From positions 1,568,001 through 1,632,000 of the forward strand of contig OZ223300.1 of NCBI GenBank assembly GCA_965140705.1: DNA of 64,000 nucleotides, given 5' to 3'. Both the position numbers and the translations under genes were made by a program. How positions within the stretch are numbered: position 1 is the stretch's first letter; every line of letters starts with the position of its first letter. This stretch comes from an uncultured Arcobacter sp. GTDB taxonomy: Bacteria > Campylobacterota > Campylobacteria > Campylobacterales > Arcobacteraceae. The notes beneath the pieces are model-generated. The model had not been told where the DNA came from, made no database searches, and saw nothing but the letters and a program-made list of their open reading frames with translations. This document shows positions 29,789 to 39,920 of this stretch, piece after piece.

Positions 29789-31057
29789 CTAATTAGATTC
29801 ACCTTTAAATACTTTAAGTTCACTTTGTAAATTAGAAACTAAATCCACTAAAGATGCTATTCTTTTTTCATGTTCTACCCTTTTTTTATCAAGAGTTTTT
29901 ATTTGTTCTTCTTTATTATTAATAATAGACTTTAAATCTTCAATTTCTTTTGTTATTGTTTTATTATGATTTTTTACTATCAATAATTGTTTTGCCATTA
30001 TATCGAATTGTTTCTTTTTGTCCTGTTTCATCATTAAATCCATTTTATTGTATTCAATATTTTGGGTCTCATAAATTTCAAGTTGTGAAAGAAGATTTCG
30101 TATCTTACTTTCATAGGTAACTATTTTATCTTTAAGAAGTTGTGTATTATCATTAACTCCACTTGCTTTTAATATAATTTCTTCTTTCTCTTTTTTAAGG
30201 TTTGCAATCTCTTTTTTATATAAAGTCAATTGTTCTAAAAATTTTTTATTTTGTGCTCTTCTTTGGTTTTCTTCTTCTGTAACTAAAAACCTTATGCTAA
30301 TAAATTGAGTAATTTCTTTACCCGAATCATCATAAATTGGGATTATTTTTGTATTTACAAAATATGTTTCATTATCTTTAGATAGATGCTTTAATGTTCC
30401 TTCCCATATTTTGCCTTTTCTTGCCGTTTCCCATATCTCTTGGTATAAACTTGCTTGAACATCTGGATGCTTTAATATACTGTGATTTTTACCTAATATT
30501 TCATCTTCTAAATATCCTGATATATCAATAAAAGCATCATTTACAAAAGTAATATTTCCATCAAAATCAGTTTTTACAACTATTGCTTCTTTATTTAAAA
30601 CAGATAAGTAAGCTTCCATTTCTTTCTTTTGTAATTCAAAATTCTTTTTATAATATATTTCTTTACAAATTTTTTCTACACACTTATCAATCAATGAAAA
30701 ATCCAATGGTTTTAATAAATAAGAATTTACATTTAGATTTATTGCTTTAATCATCTGTTCAGATTCACTTCTTGCAGTTGTAAAAATAAAAGGAATATCT
30801 TTATTTAATTCTCTTATTTTTTCAAGAAGTTCTATACCATCGATTTTGGGCATATTAATATCACTAATAATTAAATCAAAAGGTTCTTTATCATTTGAAG
30901 CTTTAATAAAGGCATCATAGGCTTCAAAACCATTGCTACATAAGATTGATGTATCAAATTTTTTATTTAAATATTTACCAAAAATCATTCTTGCTTGGTC
31001 TTCATCTTCAACATATAAAACCTTTAATTTTTTGATAAAGTCTTTAATGTTTTCCAT
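29789..31057 (-). CDS. Response regulator: receiver, PAS and C-terminal coiled coil
   Basis: LYVEDE, ISDINMP, LLKP; PAS (FVNDAFIDISGY); heptad-rich tail. Confidence 0.85.
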   Translation of the reverse strand: MENIKDFIKKLKVLYVEDEDQARMIFGKYLNKKFDTSILCSNGFEAYDAFIKASNDKEPFDLIISDINMPKIDGIELLEKIRELNKDIPFIFTTARSESEQMIKAINLNVNSYLLKPLDFSLIDKCVEKICKEIYYKKNFELQKKEMEAYLSVLNKEAIVVKTDFDGNITFVNDAFIDISGYLEDEILGKNHSILKHPDVQASLYQEIWETARKGKIWEGTLKHLSKDNETYFVNTKIIPIYDDSGKEITQFISIRFLVTEEENQRRAQNKKFLEQLTLYKKEIANLKKEKEEIILKASGVNDNTQLLKDKIVTYESKIRNLLSQLEIYETQNIEYNKMDLMMKQDKKKQFDIMAKQLLIVKNHNKTITKEIEDLKSIINNKEEQIKTLDKKRVEHEKRIASLVDLVSNLQSELKVFKGESN

Positions 31058-31198
31058 ATAAATATCCTTTTGTAATATAAAAGTTATTAATTTTATTATT
31101 CTTAAACTAAAAACTTGCTAATTTAAAATAATAATAATAAAATATAATGTCTTGTATTATAATGTATTTTACTATTAAATTTAAAATGTGAGTCAATA

Positions 31199-33136
31199 AT
31201 GTTAGAGTTCATAAAAAATTTTAAAAAAAGCATTGGATATATTCTTATTAAAAAGGTATACCTTACATATTTTATTATTATGATAATTTTCATGTTTTAT
31301 CAAATTTTTTCAGAGTATGATAATAATAAAAAAGAGGCTTATAAACAATTTTATAAAGTAGAAAAAGTTTATAAAGATTTATTCTCAAAATATCATATTG
31401 ATAAAGATAATTTTGCATTTGATGAAATAACAAAAACTATTTTTAAAACTAGTAATATTTCTGGACTTGTAGCGATTGACGGCTCAAAAAACTTTAAGTT
31501 CTTTAAAGGAGATATCAGTACATCATTTATAAAAGATGTAAATAAAAATAATAAAGACGTAAGCTTTTATGAAGATAATTATTTTTTTCAACATAAAATA
31601 AAAATTGATGTTTATGATAAAAAAGATTTAGAATTAATTTTATTTATCAAAAAAACTGATATTTATAATCTTGTCTGGGATACAGTATTTCTTATTTTGT
31701 TAAATATGATTTTTGGTATGATTATTCTTTGGGTACTTTTTTCAATTTTTACTGCAAAATACTTAATAAAACCACTTAATACAATTATTGATGCTACAAA
31801 TAAATTTGATATTGAAGAACATGAATTTGTAGAAATAGATTTAAATGAACTACAAAAAAATGAATTCTATAAACTATCTAATATATTTAATAAAATGTCA
31901 AAAAGAATCAATGAAGCTTATATCAATATGGAACAGTTATCTATGATAAAAGAGATTCAAAAAAACAAGCTAGAAGATCAAAAAGCAGAATTAATCCAAG
32001 CAAATAAATCAAAAGATGATTTTCTAGCAAATATGAGCCATGAACTAAAAACACCATTAAACTCAATAAATGTAATTAGTGATGTAATGATGAGAAATAA
32101 AACAGAGAATTTAGATGAAAAGCAAATCAAAAATATAGGAATAATAAATAAATGTGGGAAAGATTTATTATATTTAATAAATGATGTTTTAGATATTTCA
32201 AAACTAGAAGCAGGACAAATAATACTTAATAATGATACGATAAATATAAAAGATTTGATAATGAATATTTATGATATGTTTTATCCACAGACAAAAGCAA
32301 AAGAGATTGATTTTGTATTAAAAGTAGATGATAGTTTAGAGACAATGTATAGCGATGAAGATAGAATAAAACAGATAATAAAGAATTTATTGAGTAATGC
32401 ATTGAAGTTTACTGAAAGTGGTAAAATAAGTTTAATAGTAAAAGATGAAGATAAAGATATAAAAGTAATAGTAAAAGATGAAGGGATAGGAATACCAGAA
32501 GATAAATTAGAAAATATTTTTGATAGATTTAAACAAGTAGATGGAAGTACTACAAGGAAGTATGGAGGGACAGGATTAGGACTTGCTATATGTAAGGAGT
32601 TAGCACATTTATTAAAAGGTGATATATCTGTTACTAGTGAACTTGGAAAAGGTTCTACTTTTGAGCTTATTATTTGTAAAAATATCGATTTAATAAATAC
32701 TTTAAATTTGCTTGATATAAAAGGTGAATCACCTCAAGATACCAATTCAACATCAGTACTAAAAGAAATTGATGGAGAAAACATATTTATTAACTTCGAT
32801 GATAGTGAAGATATAAAAAAAGAGTCAATTTTAGTTTATAATAATGAACCAATAAAGTTTTTTAATGTAATTATGGATCTAAATAAAATATATGAAGTAA
32901 AACAAAGTGCTAATTTGTCAGAGATAAAAGAGCTTTATAATAAAAATGTATCAAAAGTTATAGTTGATATTAGTAATTTGAATTCTGATGAAATAGAAGA
33001 GATTGTACAGTTTTTTGGAGAGAGTTTAATTTTAATATATAAAAATGAAATTGATTCAGAGTTAAGCAAAAAAGTATACAAAGTTATTCAAGAACCTTTG
33101 AATTATGAAAAAATAATTAATATAAAAAAGAGTTAA
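31199..33136 (+). CDS. Membrane sensor histidine kinase (HAMP, HisKA, HATPase, degenerate receiver-like tail)
   Basis: Two TM segments, FLANMSHELKTPLN, NLLSNALKFT, GGTGLGL. Confidence 0.9.
   Translation: MLEFIKNFKKSIGYILIKKVYLTYFIIMIIFMFYQIFSEYDNNKKEAYKQFYKVEKVYKDLFSKYHIDKDNFAFDEITKTIFKTSNISGLVAIDGSKNFKFFKGDISTSFIKDVNKNNKDVSFYEDNYFFQHKIKIDVYDKKDLELILFIKKTDIYNLVWDTVFLILLNMIFGMIILWVLFSIFTAKYLIKPLNTIIDATNKFDIEEHEFVEIDLNELQKNEFYKLSNIFNKMSKRINEAYINMEQLSMIKEIQKNKLEDQKAELIQANKSKDDFLANMSHELKTPLNSINVISDVMMRNKTENLDEKQIKNIGIINKCGKDLLYLINDVLDISKLEAGQIILNNDTINIKDLIMNIYDMFYPQTKAKEIDFVLKVDDSLETMYSDEDRIKQIIKNLLSNALKFTESGKISLIVKDEDKDIKVIVKDEGIGIPEDKLENIFDRFKQVDGSTTRKYGGTGLGLAICKELAHLLKGDISVTSELGKGSTFELIICKNIDLINTLNLLDIKGESPQDTNSTSVLKEIDGENIFINFDDSEDIKKESILVYNNEPIKFFNVIMDLNKIYEVKQSANLSEIKELYNKNVSKVIVDISNLNSDEIEEIVQFFGESLILIYKNEIDSELSKKVYKVIQEPLNYEKIINIKKS
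32005..32694 (+). repeat. Copy 1 of a 690-bp near-identical kinase-core repeat
   Basis: Matches 34553-35242; 3 mismatches seen by eye. Confidence 0.92.
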
Positions 33137-33137
33137 G

Positions 33138-35618
33138 ATGAACAAAGAAACTAAACTTCAGAAGATATTGTCATCACATTTTTTTAAATTTTCTTTAATT
33201 CCTATAATTATAGTTGAAGTTACTTTATTAATATTATATTTTTCTATTAATCAATATATTTCAATGAAAAATACTAATTTGTTGTTAAATGAAGCACAAC
33301 TTCATAGTCATGAACTTTTAAAAAATGAAGTAAATTTTATAAGTGATAAATTATCAGAAGTCTCAAGATTAGCACAAATATTACAAAGAGAACACGAAAA
33401 ATTATTTCAAGATCCAAAAAAATTTGTACTTCCAAATGGAAAACCTTCTTTTGAAGTTGCTAGTAATGGAGTTTATTACAAAACAAACCATATTGGCGCT
33501 AGTTTATATTACTCATCTAAAACAAAAATGACTAAAGAAACAAAATATAAAGCACTATTTACAGAATCTATGGATACCTCTTTAGAAAGCATAGTAAAGT
33601 TTAATCCTAATATTGTAGCAGCTTACTTTAACAGTTGGGACAATATGAATAGACTTTATCCTTTTATAAATAAAGTCTATGAGCAATATGGTAATCATAT
33701 ACAAATGAAAGATTACAATTTTTATTATCTTGCTGATAAAAAACACAATCCTAGCCATAAACCAGTATGGACAAGTGCCTATTTAGATCCTGCAGGTAAT
33801 GGTTGGATGTTATCATGTATTGTTCCAATTTATAAAAATGATTTTTTAGAGGGAGTTACTGGGCTTGATATAACAATCGATAGTTTTGTTAAAAATATTT
33901 TAAATAGAAAGTTATCATACAATGCAAACTTATTTATGGTAGATAAAAATGGAATGATAATAGCTATGTCAAAAAAAATAGAAAAGCTTTTAAAATTAAG
34001 AGAATTGAAGAAGCATTTATATTCAAATACTATTTTAAAAACTATAGAAAAACCAGAAGAGTTTAATATACTTAAAAATAAAAGCCCTTTTGCTGAACAC
34101 TTTAAAAATCTTATTGAAAATAATTCAGACAGTTCTACTTTAACTATTAAAAATAAAGAATATTTAACTTTAAAACAAGATATTAAAGAGACTAATTGGA
34201 AACTAATGATTTTAATAGATAAAGATGAAATATTTAGCTCTATTGTATATTTACAAAATTTATCTAATAAAATTGGATATATAGCGATTATAGTATTAGT
34301 AGTTTTTTATATTATTTTCTTCTATTTTCTAATTAATAAAATAAATAAATTTTCATACACAATAACTAACCCCATAAAGAAATTATCAAGTCAAACGTCT
34401 CAAATAAAAACAACAAATGCCAAAATCAAATTGATAAATACAAATATATTAGAGATACAACAATTAAATAATAACTTTGAAAGAATGATGAATGAGTTAA
34501 ATGAAAAAACAACTAAATTATATCAATCAAAAATTCTTGCCGAAGAATTATCTAAATCAAAAGATGATTTTCTAGCAAATATGAGCCATGAACTAAAAAC
34601 ACCATTAAACTCAATAAATGTAATTAGTGATGTAATGATGAGAAATAAAACAGAGAATTTAGATGAAAAGCAAATCAAAAATATAGGAATAATAAATAAA
34701 TGTGGGAAAGATTTATTATATTTAATAAATGATGTTTTAGATATTTCAAAATTAGAAGCAGGACAAATAATACTTAATAATGATACGATAAATATAAAAG
34801 ATTTGATAATGAATATTTATGATATGTTTTATCCACAGACAAAAGCAAAAGAGATTGATTTTGTATTAAAAGTAGATGATAGTTTAGAGACAATGTATAG
34901 CGATGAAGATAGAATAAAACAGATAATAAAGAATTTATTGAGTAATGCATTGAAGTTTACTGAAAGTGGTAAAATAAGTTTAATAGTAAAAGATGAAGAT
35001 AAAGATATAAAAGTAATAGTAAAAGATGAAGGGATAGGAATACCAGAAGATAAATTAGAAAATATTTTTGATAGATTTAAACAAGTAGATGGAAGTACTA
35101 CAAGGAAGTATGGAGGGACAGGATTAGGACTTGCTATATGTAAGGAGTTAGCACATTTATTAAAAGGTGATATATCTGTTACTAGTGAACTTGGAAAAGG
35201 TTCTACTTTTGAACTTATTATTTGTAAAAATATTGATTTAATTGAAGGTTTAGAAGTGTTAAGTTTAAGTACTGATGGTGAAAAAAAGACTTCTAATAAA
35301 ATAAAAAACATTTCTCCTAATGAAGAAATTTATATTTTAAATAGTAATCCAATTTTATTTTTTAAAATTATAAGTCAAATATCTTCAAAATATAATATAA
35401 TTTATATTAAAGATTTAAAAGAGATTGATTTAAATAAGAATATAAAAATAATTTTAGAAGCTTCTTCTTTAAAAGAAGAAGATATTTTATATATAAAAGA
35501 GCATAAAATAAATAACTTAATTCTAATTACAGAAGGGAAAATGCATAAAGATTTGGCTGATTTAGTGACTTTATCTATAGATAAATCACTTGAAAATATT
35601 GATTACTCTTTAATTTAA
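33138..35618 (+). CDS. Cache-domain sensor histidine kinase
   Basis: dCache motifs (PVWTSAYLDPAG, GVTGLDI), TM, HAMP, and the same kinase core as the upstream gene. Confidence 0.9.
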   Translation: MNKETKLQKILSSHFFKFSLIPIIIVEVTLLILYFSINQYISMKNTNLLLNEAQLHSHELLKNEVNFISDKLSEVSRLAQILQREHEKLFQDPKKFVLPNGKPSFEVASNGVYYKTNHIGASLYYSSKTKMTKETKYKALFTESMDTSLESIVKFNPNIVAAYFNSWDNMNRLYPFINKVYEQYGNHIQMKDYNFYYLADKKHNPSHKPVWTSAYLDPAGNGWMLSCIVPIYKNDFLEGVTGLDITIDSFVKNILNRKLSYNANLFMVDKNGMIIAMSKKIEKLLKLRELKKHLYSNTILKTIEKPEEFNILKNKSPFAEHFKNLIENNSDSSTLTIKNKEYLTLKQDIKETNWKLMILIDKDEIFSSIVYLQNLSNKIGYIAIIVLVVFYIIFFYFLINKINKFSYTITNPIKKLSSQTSQIKTTNAKIKLINTNILEIQQLNNNFERMMNELNEKTTKLYQSKILAEELSKSKDDFLANMSHELKTPLNSINVISDVMMRNKTENLDEKQIKNIGIINKCGKDLLYLINDVLDISKLEAGQIILNNDTINIKDLIMNIYDMFYPQTKAKEIDFVLKVDDSLETMYSDEDRIKQIIKNLLSNALKFTESGKISLIVKDEDKDIKVIVKDEGIGIPEDKLENIFDRFKQVDGSTTRKYGGTGLGLAICKELAHLLKGDISVTSELGKGSTFELIICKNIDLIEGLEVLSLSTDGEKKTSNKIKNISPNEEIYILNSNPILFFKIISQISSKYNIIYIKDLKEIDLNKNIKIILEASSLKEEDILYIKEHKINNLILITEGKMHKDLADLVTLSIDKSLENIDYSLI
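34553..35242 (+). repeat. Copy 2 of the 690-bp kinase-core repeat
   Basis: Matches 32005-32694 at an offset of 2548 bp. Confidence 0.92.
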
Positions 35619-35634
35619 ATAAAAGGAAAATATT

Positions 35635-36744
35635 ATGGAAAAGTTTAGTATTCTTATATTAGATGATGTAGAAGAAAATATATATTCATTAAAACTTATG
35701 ATAGAAGATAGCTTTGATACAGAAATTTATACTGCCTTAAATGCACAAGATGCAATTTCAATACTTATGAATAACAAAGTAGATTTAATACTAAGTGATA
35801 TTCAAATGCCGGATGTAGATGGATTCCAATTTGTTGATTACATAAAAAGTTTAGAAAAAACAAAAGATATACCTGTTATTTTTATTACAGGTATTTATGA
35901 TAAAGACTCCTATCAAAAAAAAGGTTACGATTTAGGTGTAATAGAATATATTTCAAAACCAATTGATAATGATTTATTAACATCAAAATTAAAAGTATTT
36001 ATAAAAATATTTGAAGAAAAAAAGAGTTCAAAAGAGGAGTTAGATCAAGCAAATAAACTTCTTGTTCATAATGCAAAGATGGCTAGTATGGGAGAGATGA
36101 TTGGTGTTATATCACATCAATTAAAACAGCCTTTAAATATTATGTCTTTATACTGTAACGATATAAAATATTCATATGATACAGATGATTTAGATAGGGA
36201 AACAATAGATAAATTTGATAAAGATACAAAACAACAAATTAAACATATGACAAATACAATTGATAGTTTTCTAAACTTCTTTAACTCTGAAAAAAAACTT
36301 ACAACAATCCCTATAAAAAAAGCAATTGTTACTTTTATTGATTTAATGAAAGCTCAAATTAGAAAAAGTGGTATAGACTTAAAAGTTGACATTGAAGATG
36401 CTTATATAGTAGGTATAGAGATGGAATTAGCACAAGTTTTTATAAATATTATTACTAATTCAATTCAAGCATATAACGAAAGAGAAATAGAAAATAGACC
36501 TATTGAAATAAAAGTATATAAAGAAAATGACAAAGTTATTTTAACAATTAGTGATTTTGCAGGTGGAGTTGATGACAATGATGTAGAAAAACTTTTTGAT
36601 CCATATTTTACAACAAAAAGTGATGGAACAGGGATTGGTCTTTATATGGTTAAATTAGTAATAATAAATAGCTTTAAAGGTGAATTAAAAGTAGAAAATA
36701 GTGATAAAGGGCTTAAATTTATTATGACTTTCCCTTCAGCATAA
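35635..36744 (+). CDS. Hybrid receiver-histidine kinase
   Basis: ILDD, SDIQMP, SKP, followed by ISHQLKQPL, DFAGG, GTGIGL. Confidence 0.88.
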   Translation: MEKFSILILDDVEENIYSLKLMIEDSFDTEIYTALNAQDAISILMNNKVDLILSDIQMPDVDGFQFVDYIKSLEKTKDIPVIFITGIYDKDSYQKKGYDLGVIEYISKPIDNDLLTSKLKVFIKIFEEKKSSKEELDQANKLLVHNAKMASMGEMIGVISHQLKQPLNIMSLYCNDIKYSYDTDDLDRETIDKFDKDTKQQIKHMTNTIDSFLNFFNSEKKLTTIPIKKAIVTFIDLMKAQIRKSGIDLKVDIEDAYIVGIEMELAQVFINIITNSIQAYNEREIENRPIEIKVYKENDKVILTISDFAGGVDDNDVEKLFDPYFTTKSDGTGIGLYMVKLVIINSFKGELKVENSDKGLKFIMTFPSA

Positions 36745-36765
36745 GAGTAAGAATAAACTTACTCT
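36744..36765. terminator. Hairpin between convergent genes
   Basis: AGAGTAAG-aataaa-CTTACTCT. Confidence 0.5.
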
Positions 36766-37264
36766 ATCTATAGTCATTTTTATACTCAACATAGTGGGCT
36801 GCATGTTTGATAAGCTTATCAACATCTTCTTCACTTAACTCTTTTACTACTTTTGCAGGACTACCCATAATTAAACTTCTTGGGGGAAAAACTTTTCCAG
36901 AAGTTACAAGAGAATTAGCTCCAACTATACTTCCTTCACCAATAACAGCATTATCTAAAATAGTTGCACTCATGCCAATTAGACAATTGTCTTCTATTTT
37001 ACAACCGTGAAGCATAACTTTATGACCAACTGTTACATTATCACCAATTATTGTTTTAGTATTTGTATCTGTATGAATACATGACAAATCTTGTATATTT
37101 GTATTTTTACCTATTTTTACTTCATTTACATCAGATCTTATAACACATTGAAACCAAACAGATGAATCTTCTCCAATTTCAATATTACCGATTAAATCAG
37201 CACTAGGAGCGATCCATGCACTTTGGGCAATTTTTGGATAAAACTCTTTAAATTTTAATATCAT
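36764..37264 (-). CDS. Gamma carbonic anhydrase-like (YrdA family) hexapeptide-repeat protein
   Basis: VIRSDVN, TNIQD..CIH, VGHKVMLHGC, GSPAK. Confidence 0.9.
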   Translation of the reverse strand: MILKFKEFYPKIAQSAWIAPSADLIGNIEIGEDSSVWFQCVIRSDVNEVKIGKNTNIQDLSCIHTDTNTKTIIGDNVTVGHKVMLHGCKIEDNCLIGMSATILDNAVIGEGSIVGANSLVTSGKVFPPRSLIMGSPAKVVKELSEEDVDKLIKHAAHYVEYKNDYR

Positions 37265-37327
37265 ATTAATATCCTGTAGATAAATTTGAAATATTATATC
37301 TACACAAATTAAAAGCTAAATAAAAAT

Positions 37328-39916
37328 TTATTTAGCCTTATATTCTAAAATAACTGGTTCTGAGTAATTTGGTACGTCATCATAAGTAAATATTGCATAA
37401 TACTTATCAATATCAGTTGCTCCAAAATCATCTAATGTATACTCATCAACACCAGCATAAAGTTTTTGTCCATCTTGTGCAGATAAAGGTTTTCTAAAAG
37501 GATTTTTAATAACTTTTGCTCCTACAAAACTTGAATCTTTTGGATTATTCCAAGAGACTTTTATTTTCCCATTTTCCATTACTAATTGAGCATTTGTTAC
37601 TTTTTCAACGGGAAATCTTCTTTTTGGTATATATTCAATAATAAGTTTTGGACACAAAGTACTATTATTACTAGCTTCCCATGAAACAGTTTTATCTTTT
37701 AATACTTTATATGAAGATGTTGGTTTTAAAACAAAAGCAATATCTGATTTTGTTTTTAATTTCTCATTTAAAATAATTTCAGAAAAGGAATCAAACATAA
37801 AATATTGGGTTTGATTGTTTTTAAGTTCAGTTGCACTTACATCATAACCAATATTTTGAATAACTTCCCTAGATGTAATATCTTTATAACTTTTATTGAT
37901 ATCATCATCCACAAACTCCAAATGAAATCTAATATCATCTTTGATATAAATTTTTGTAGAGTTTAATTCAAAATAAGCTTTAGTAATCATAGTGTCATTG
38001 TAAGGGGGAAGAGATGAGAGGTTAAATTGAAAAGTAGAATATATCTTATTTCCATTTTCATCAAAACCTGGAGTAATAACATCTTCTAATACTTCCTTTT
38101 TACTTACTGTATAAATAGATTTAGGAAACAATGCTACACTAGTAGGCTCAATTGTATAAGTTAGTTCAAGTCTTGGTCTATAGGTTAATCCAAAACCATA
38201 TTTACCATATCCAATATCCCATTGCATCATCTGTTTACTTCGTCCAACTCTTAACTCTTTTGGACCTTCCACTCTTAAAATAATAGTATCATTTTTTATA
38301 GACTTTTTTAAATCATCACACTCTAAACCTGATAAATGCCAATTTCTCCAAATACCTTGTGTCAATTGGTGAGATTCAGTAGGGCGACCAATATATCTAA
38401 TTATCTCCATATTATTTACATCTTCAAAATTCGTAATATCACCCATTGTATCTTGATTAACAAGTCCTACATTCCACTCCCCATACTTTTCAATTGTAGT
38501 TGAAACTCTATTTATAGGATATAAATTAAATGAAGCTGATTTTATAAGTGCATTTTGAGGAAGTGATTTTACATTTATAGAAATAATAGCATATGAAATA
38601 CCTTTGTTTTCATCAATTCCTACAAATAAAGAGTTGACACCAAAATGTTTAGGATTATTGTTTAAGTTCTCTGCTACATAACCAGTACCTTTTGCATTTG
38701 CATAATAAGTTCTACTATATTCATCATACTCAACTAAAGTCCTAATCTTAATTTGAGGATAAAAGGGAGATTTTTGATTTGTTTTTTTATTTACAACTCT
38801 AATATTGTAATAATAATCTCTATTTGAAGCTAAATTTATATCACTAAACTCCAAAGCTTGAGTTTTTGCAATTAAGTTAGAAGAGTTACAAAACTGCTTA
38901 TCTTTTTGGCTTCTAAATATTTCAAAATAGATATTTTTGTTTAATTTATAATCCCACTTTAATGTTACATGATTTGAACCAATTTCACTAGCTTCAAAGC
39001 TATTTACTCTTTTCATCAAAGAGGCTTTATCATAATTATCCACTTCTTTTAAGGCATATATTAATGCTGGAATATGTTCTCTTATATTTTCATTCATATC
39101 ATCCATATAATCACTAATATTTCTAGTTCCCACTTCCACAACTGAAGAAAGTATTCCTTGTGAATAATAAAATTCTCTTCCACTTCCTGATATCAATTTT
39201 GCAGGTGGTTTACCTTGATGTATACCATATTCTCTCCCTGATATCTTTCTAATCTCTTCAGCCATATTTGCACATAAAGTATTCATATCAATTGTATCAA
39301 TAGTATCTTCATGTCTAAAATCATGAGCTGGGAAAAAGACATTACCTTGACTATGGTAATCTAAAGCAATAGTAATATTAGGGTGAGATAAAACAAAATC
39401 TCTTAAACTTTGAGTCTCAGGCTCACTAAAAGGTTCAGGACCTCCATATACATTTGATGAAGTAACAGCTGATTTTACAAATCCAATAGGAAAATTTCTA
39501 TTTAAATCAACTCCATATGTTCCATCTAAATTCTGTCTTCTATTTTTTCTCCAAAAAGAGAAATGATTTCTTGAATATTCATAACCATCAGGATTGGCAC
39601 AAGGTACCATATAAATAGTACTTTCATTTAAATATGTTTGTAAAGTTGGGTCAGTTTCGAGGTTTTTTAATATATAAGAGGCAAACTCTATAGCTAACTC
39701 ATGTCCAATCCACTCTCTAGCATGTATTGTTCCTGTATAAAATAGGGCAGGTTTATTATTTGCTGTTTCAATATTTTTTGAGATTGTTATTAAATTAATC
39801 TCTCTTTTTTCCCAAGTTTGACCAATGGATTCTATTTTGAAATATTCTGGATATTTCGCTTCTAATTCTTTAAAAATTATTGTTGAAGCCTCGTATGATC
39901 TGTATAATCTTTTCAA
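37328..39916 (-). CDS. M14 zinc carboxypeptidase with C-terminal Fn3-like and repeated beta-sandwich domains
   Basis: HAREW, NPDG, WRKNR, DLNRNF, DYHS, VEVG; no signal peptide; TTG start. Confidence 0.88.
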   Translation of the reverse strand: MKRLYRSYEASTIIFKELEAKYPEYFKIESIGQTWEKREINLITISKNIETANNKPALFYTGTIHAREWIGHELAIEFASYILKNLETDPTLQTYLNESTIYMVPCANPDGYEYSRNHFSFWRKNRRQNLDGTYGVDLNRNFPIGFVKSAVTSSNVYGGPEPFSEPETQSLRDFVLSHPNITIALDYHSQGNVFFPAHDFRHEDTIDTIDMNTLCANMAEEIRKISGREYGIHQGKPPAKLISGSGREFYYSQGILSSVVEVGTRNISDYMDDMNENIREHIPALIYALKEVDNYDKASLMKRVNSFEASEIGSNHVTLKWDYKLNKNIYFEIFRSQKDKQFCNSSNLIAKTQALEFSDINLASNRDYYYNIRVVNKKTNQKSPFYPQIKIRTLVEYDEYSRTYYANAKGTGYVAENLNNNPKHFGVNSLFVGIDENKGISYAIISINVKSLPQNALIKSASFNLYPINRVSTTIEKYGEWNVGLVNQDTMGDITNFEDVNNMEIIRYIGRPTESHQLTQGIWRNWHLSGLECDDLKKSIKNDTIILRVEGPKELRVGRSKQMMQWDIGYGKYGFGLTYRPRLELTYTIEPTSVALFPKSIYTVSKKEVLEDVITPGFDENGNKIYSTFQFNLSSLPPYNDTMITKAYFELNSTKIYIKDDIRFHLEFVDDDINKSYKDITSREVIQNIGYDVSATELKNNQTQYFMFDSFSEIILNEKLKTKSDIAFVLKPTSSYKVLKDKTVSWEASNNSTLCPKLIIEYIPKRRFPVEKVTNAQLVMENGKIKVSWNNPKDSSFVGAKVIKNPFRKPLSAQDGQKLYAGVDEYTLDDFGATDIDKYYAIFTYDDVPNYSEPVILEYKAK

Positions 39917-39920
39917 AAAA

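Noticed and set aside
32005..35242. Kinase repeat interpreted as an IS element or a diversity-generating retroelement template
   Set aside because: No transposase, terminal repeats or reverse transcriptase; the differences are few, synonymous and not adenine-specific
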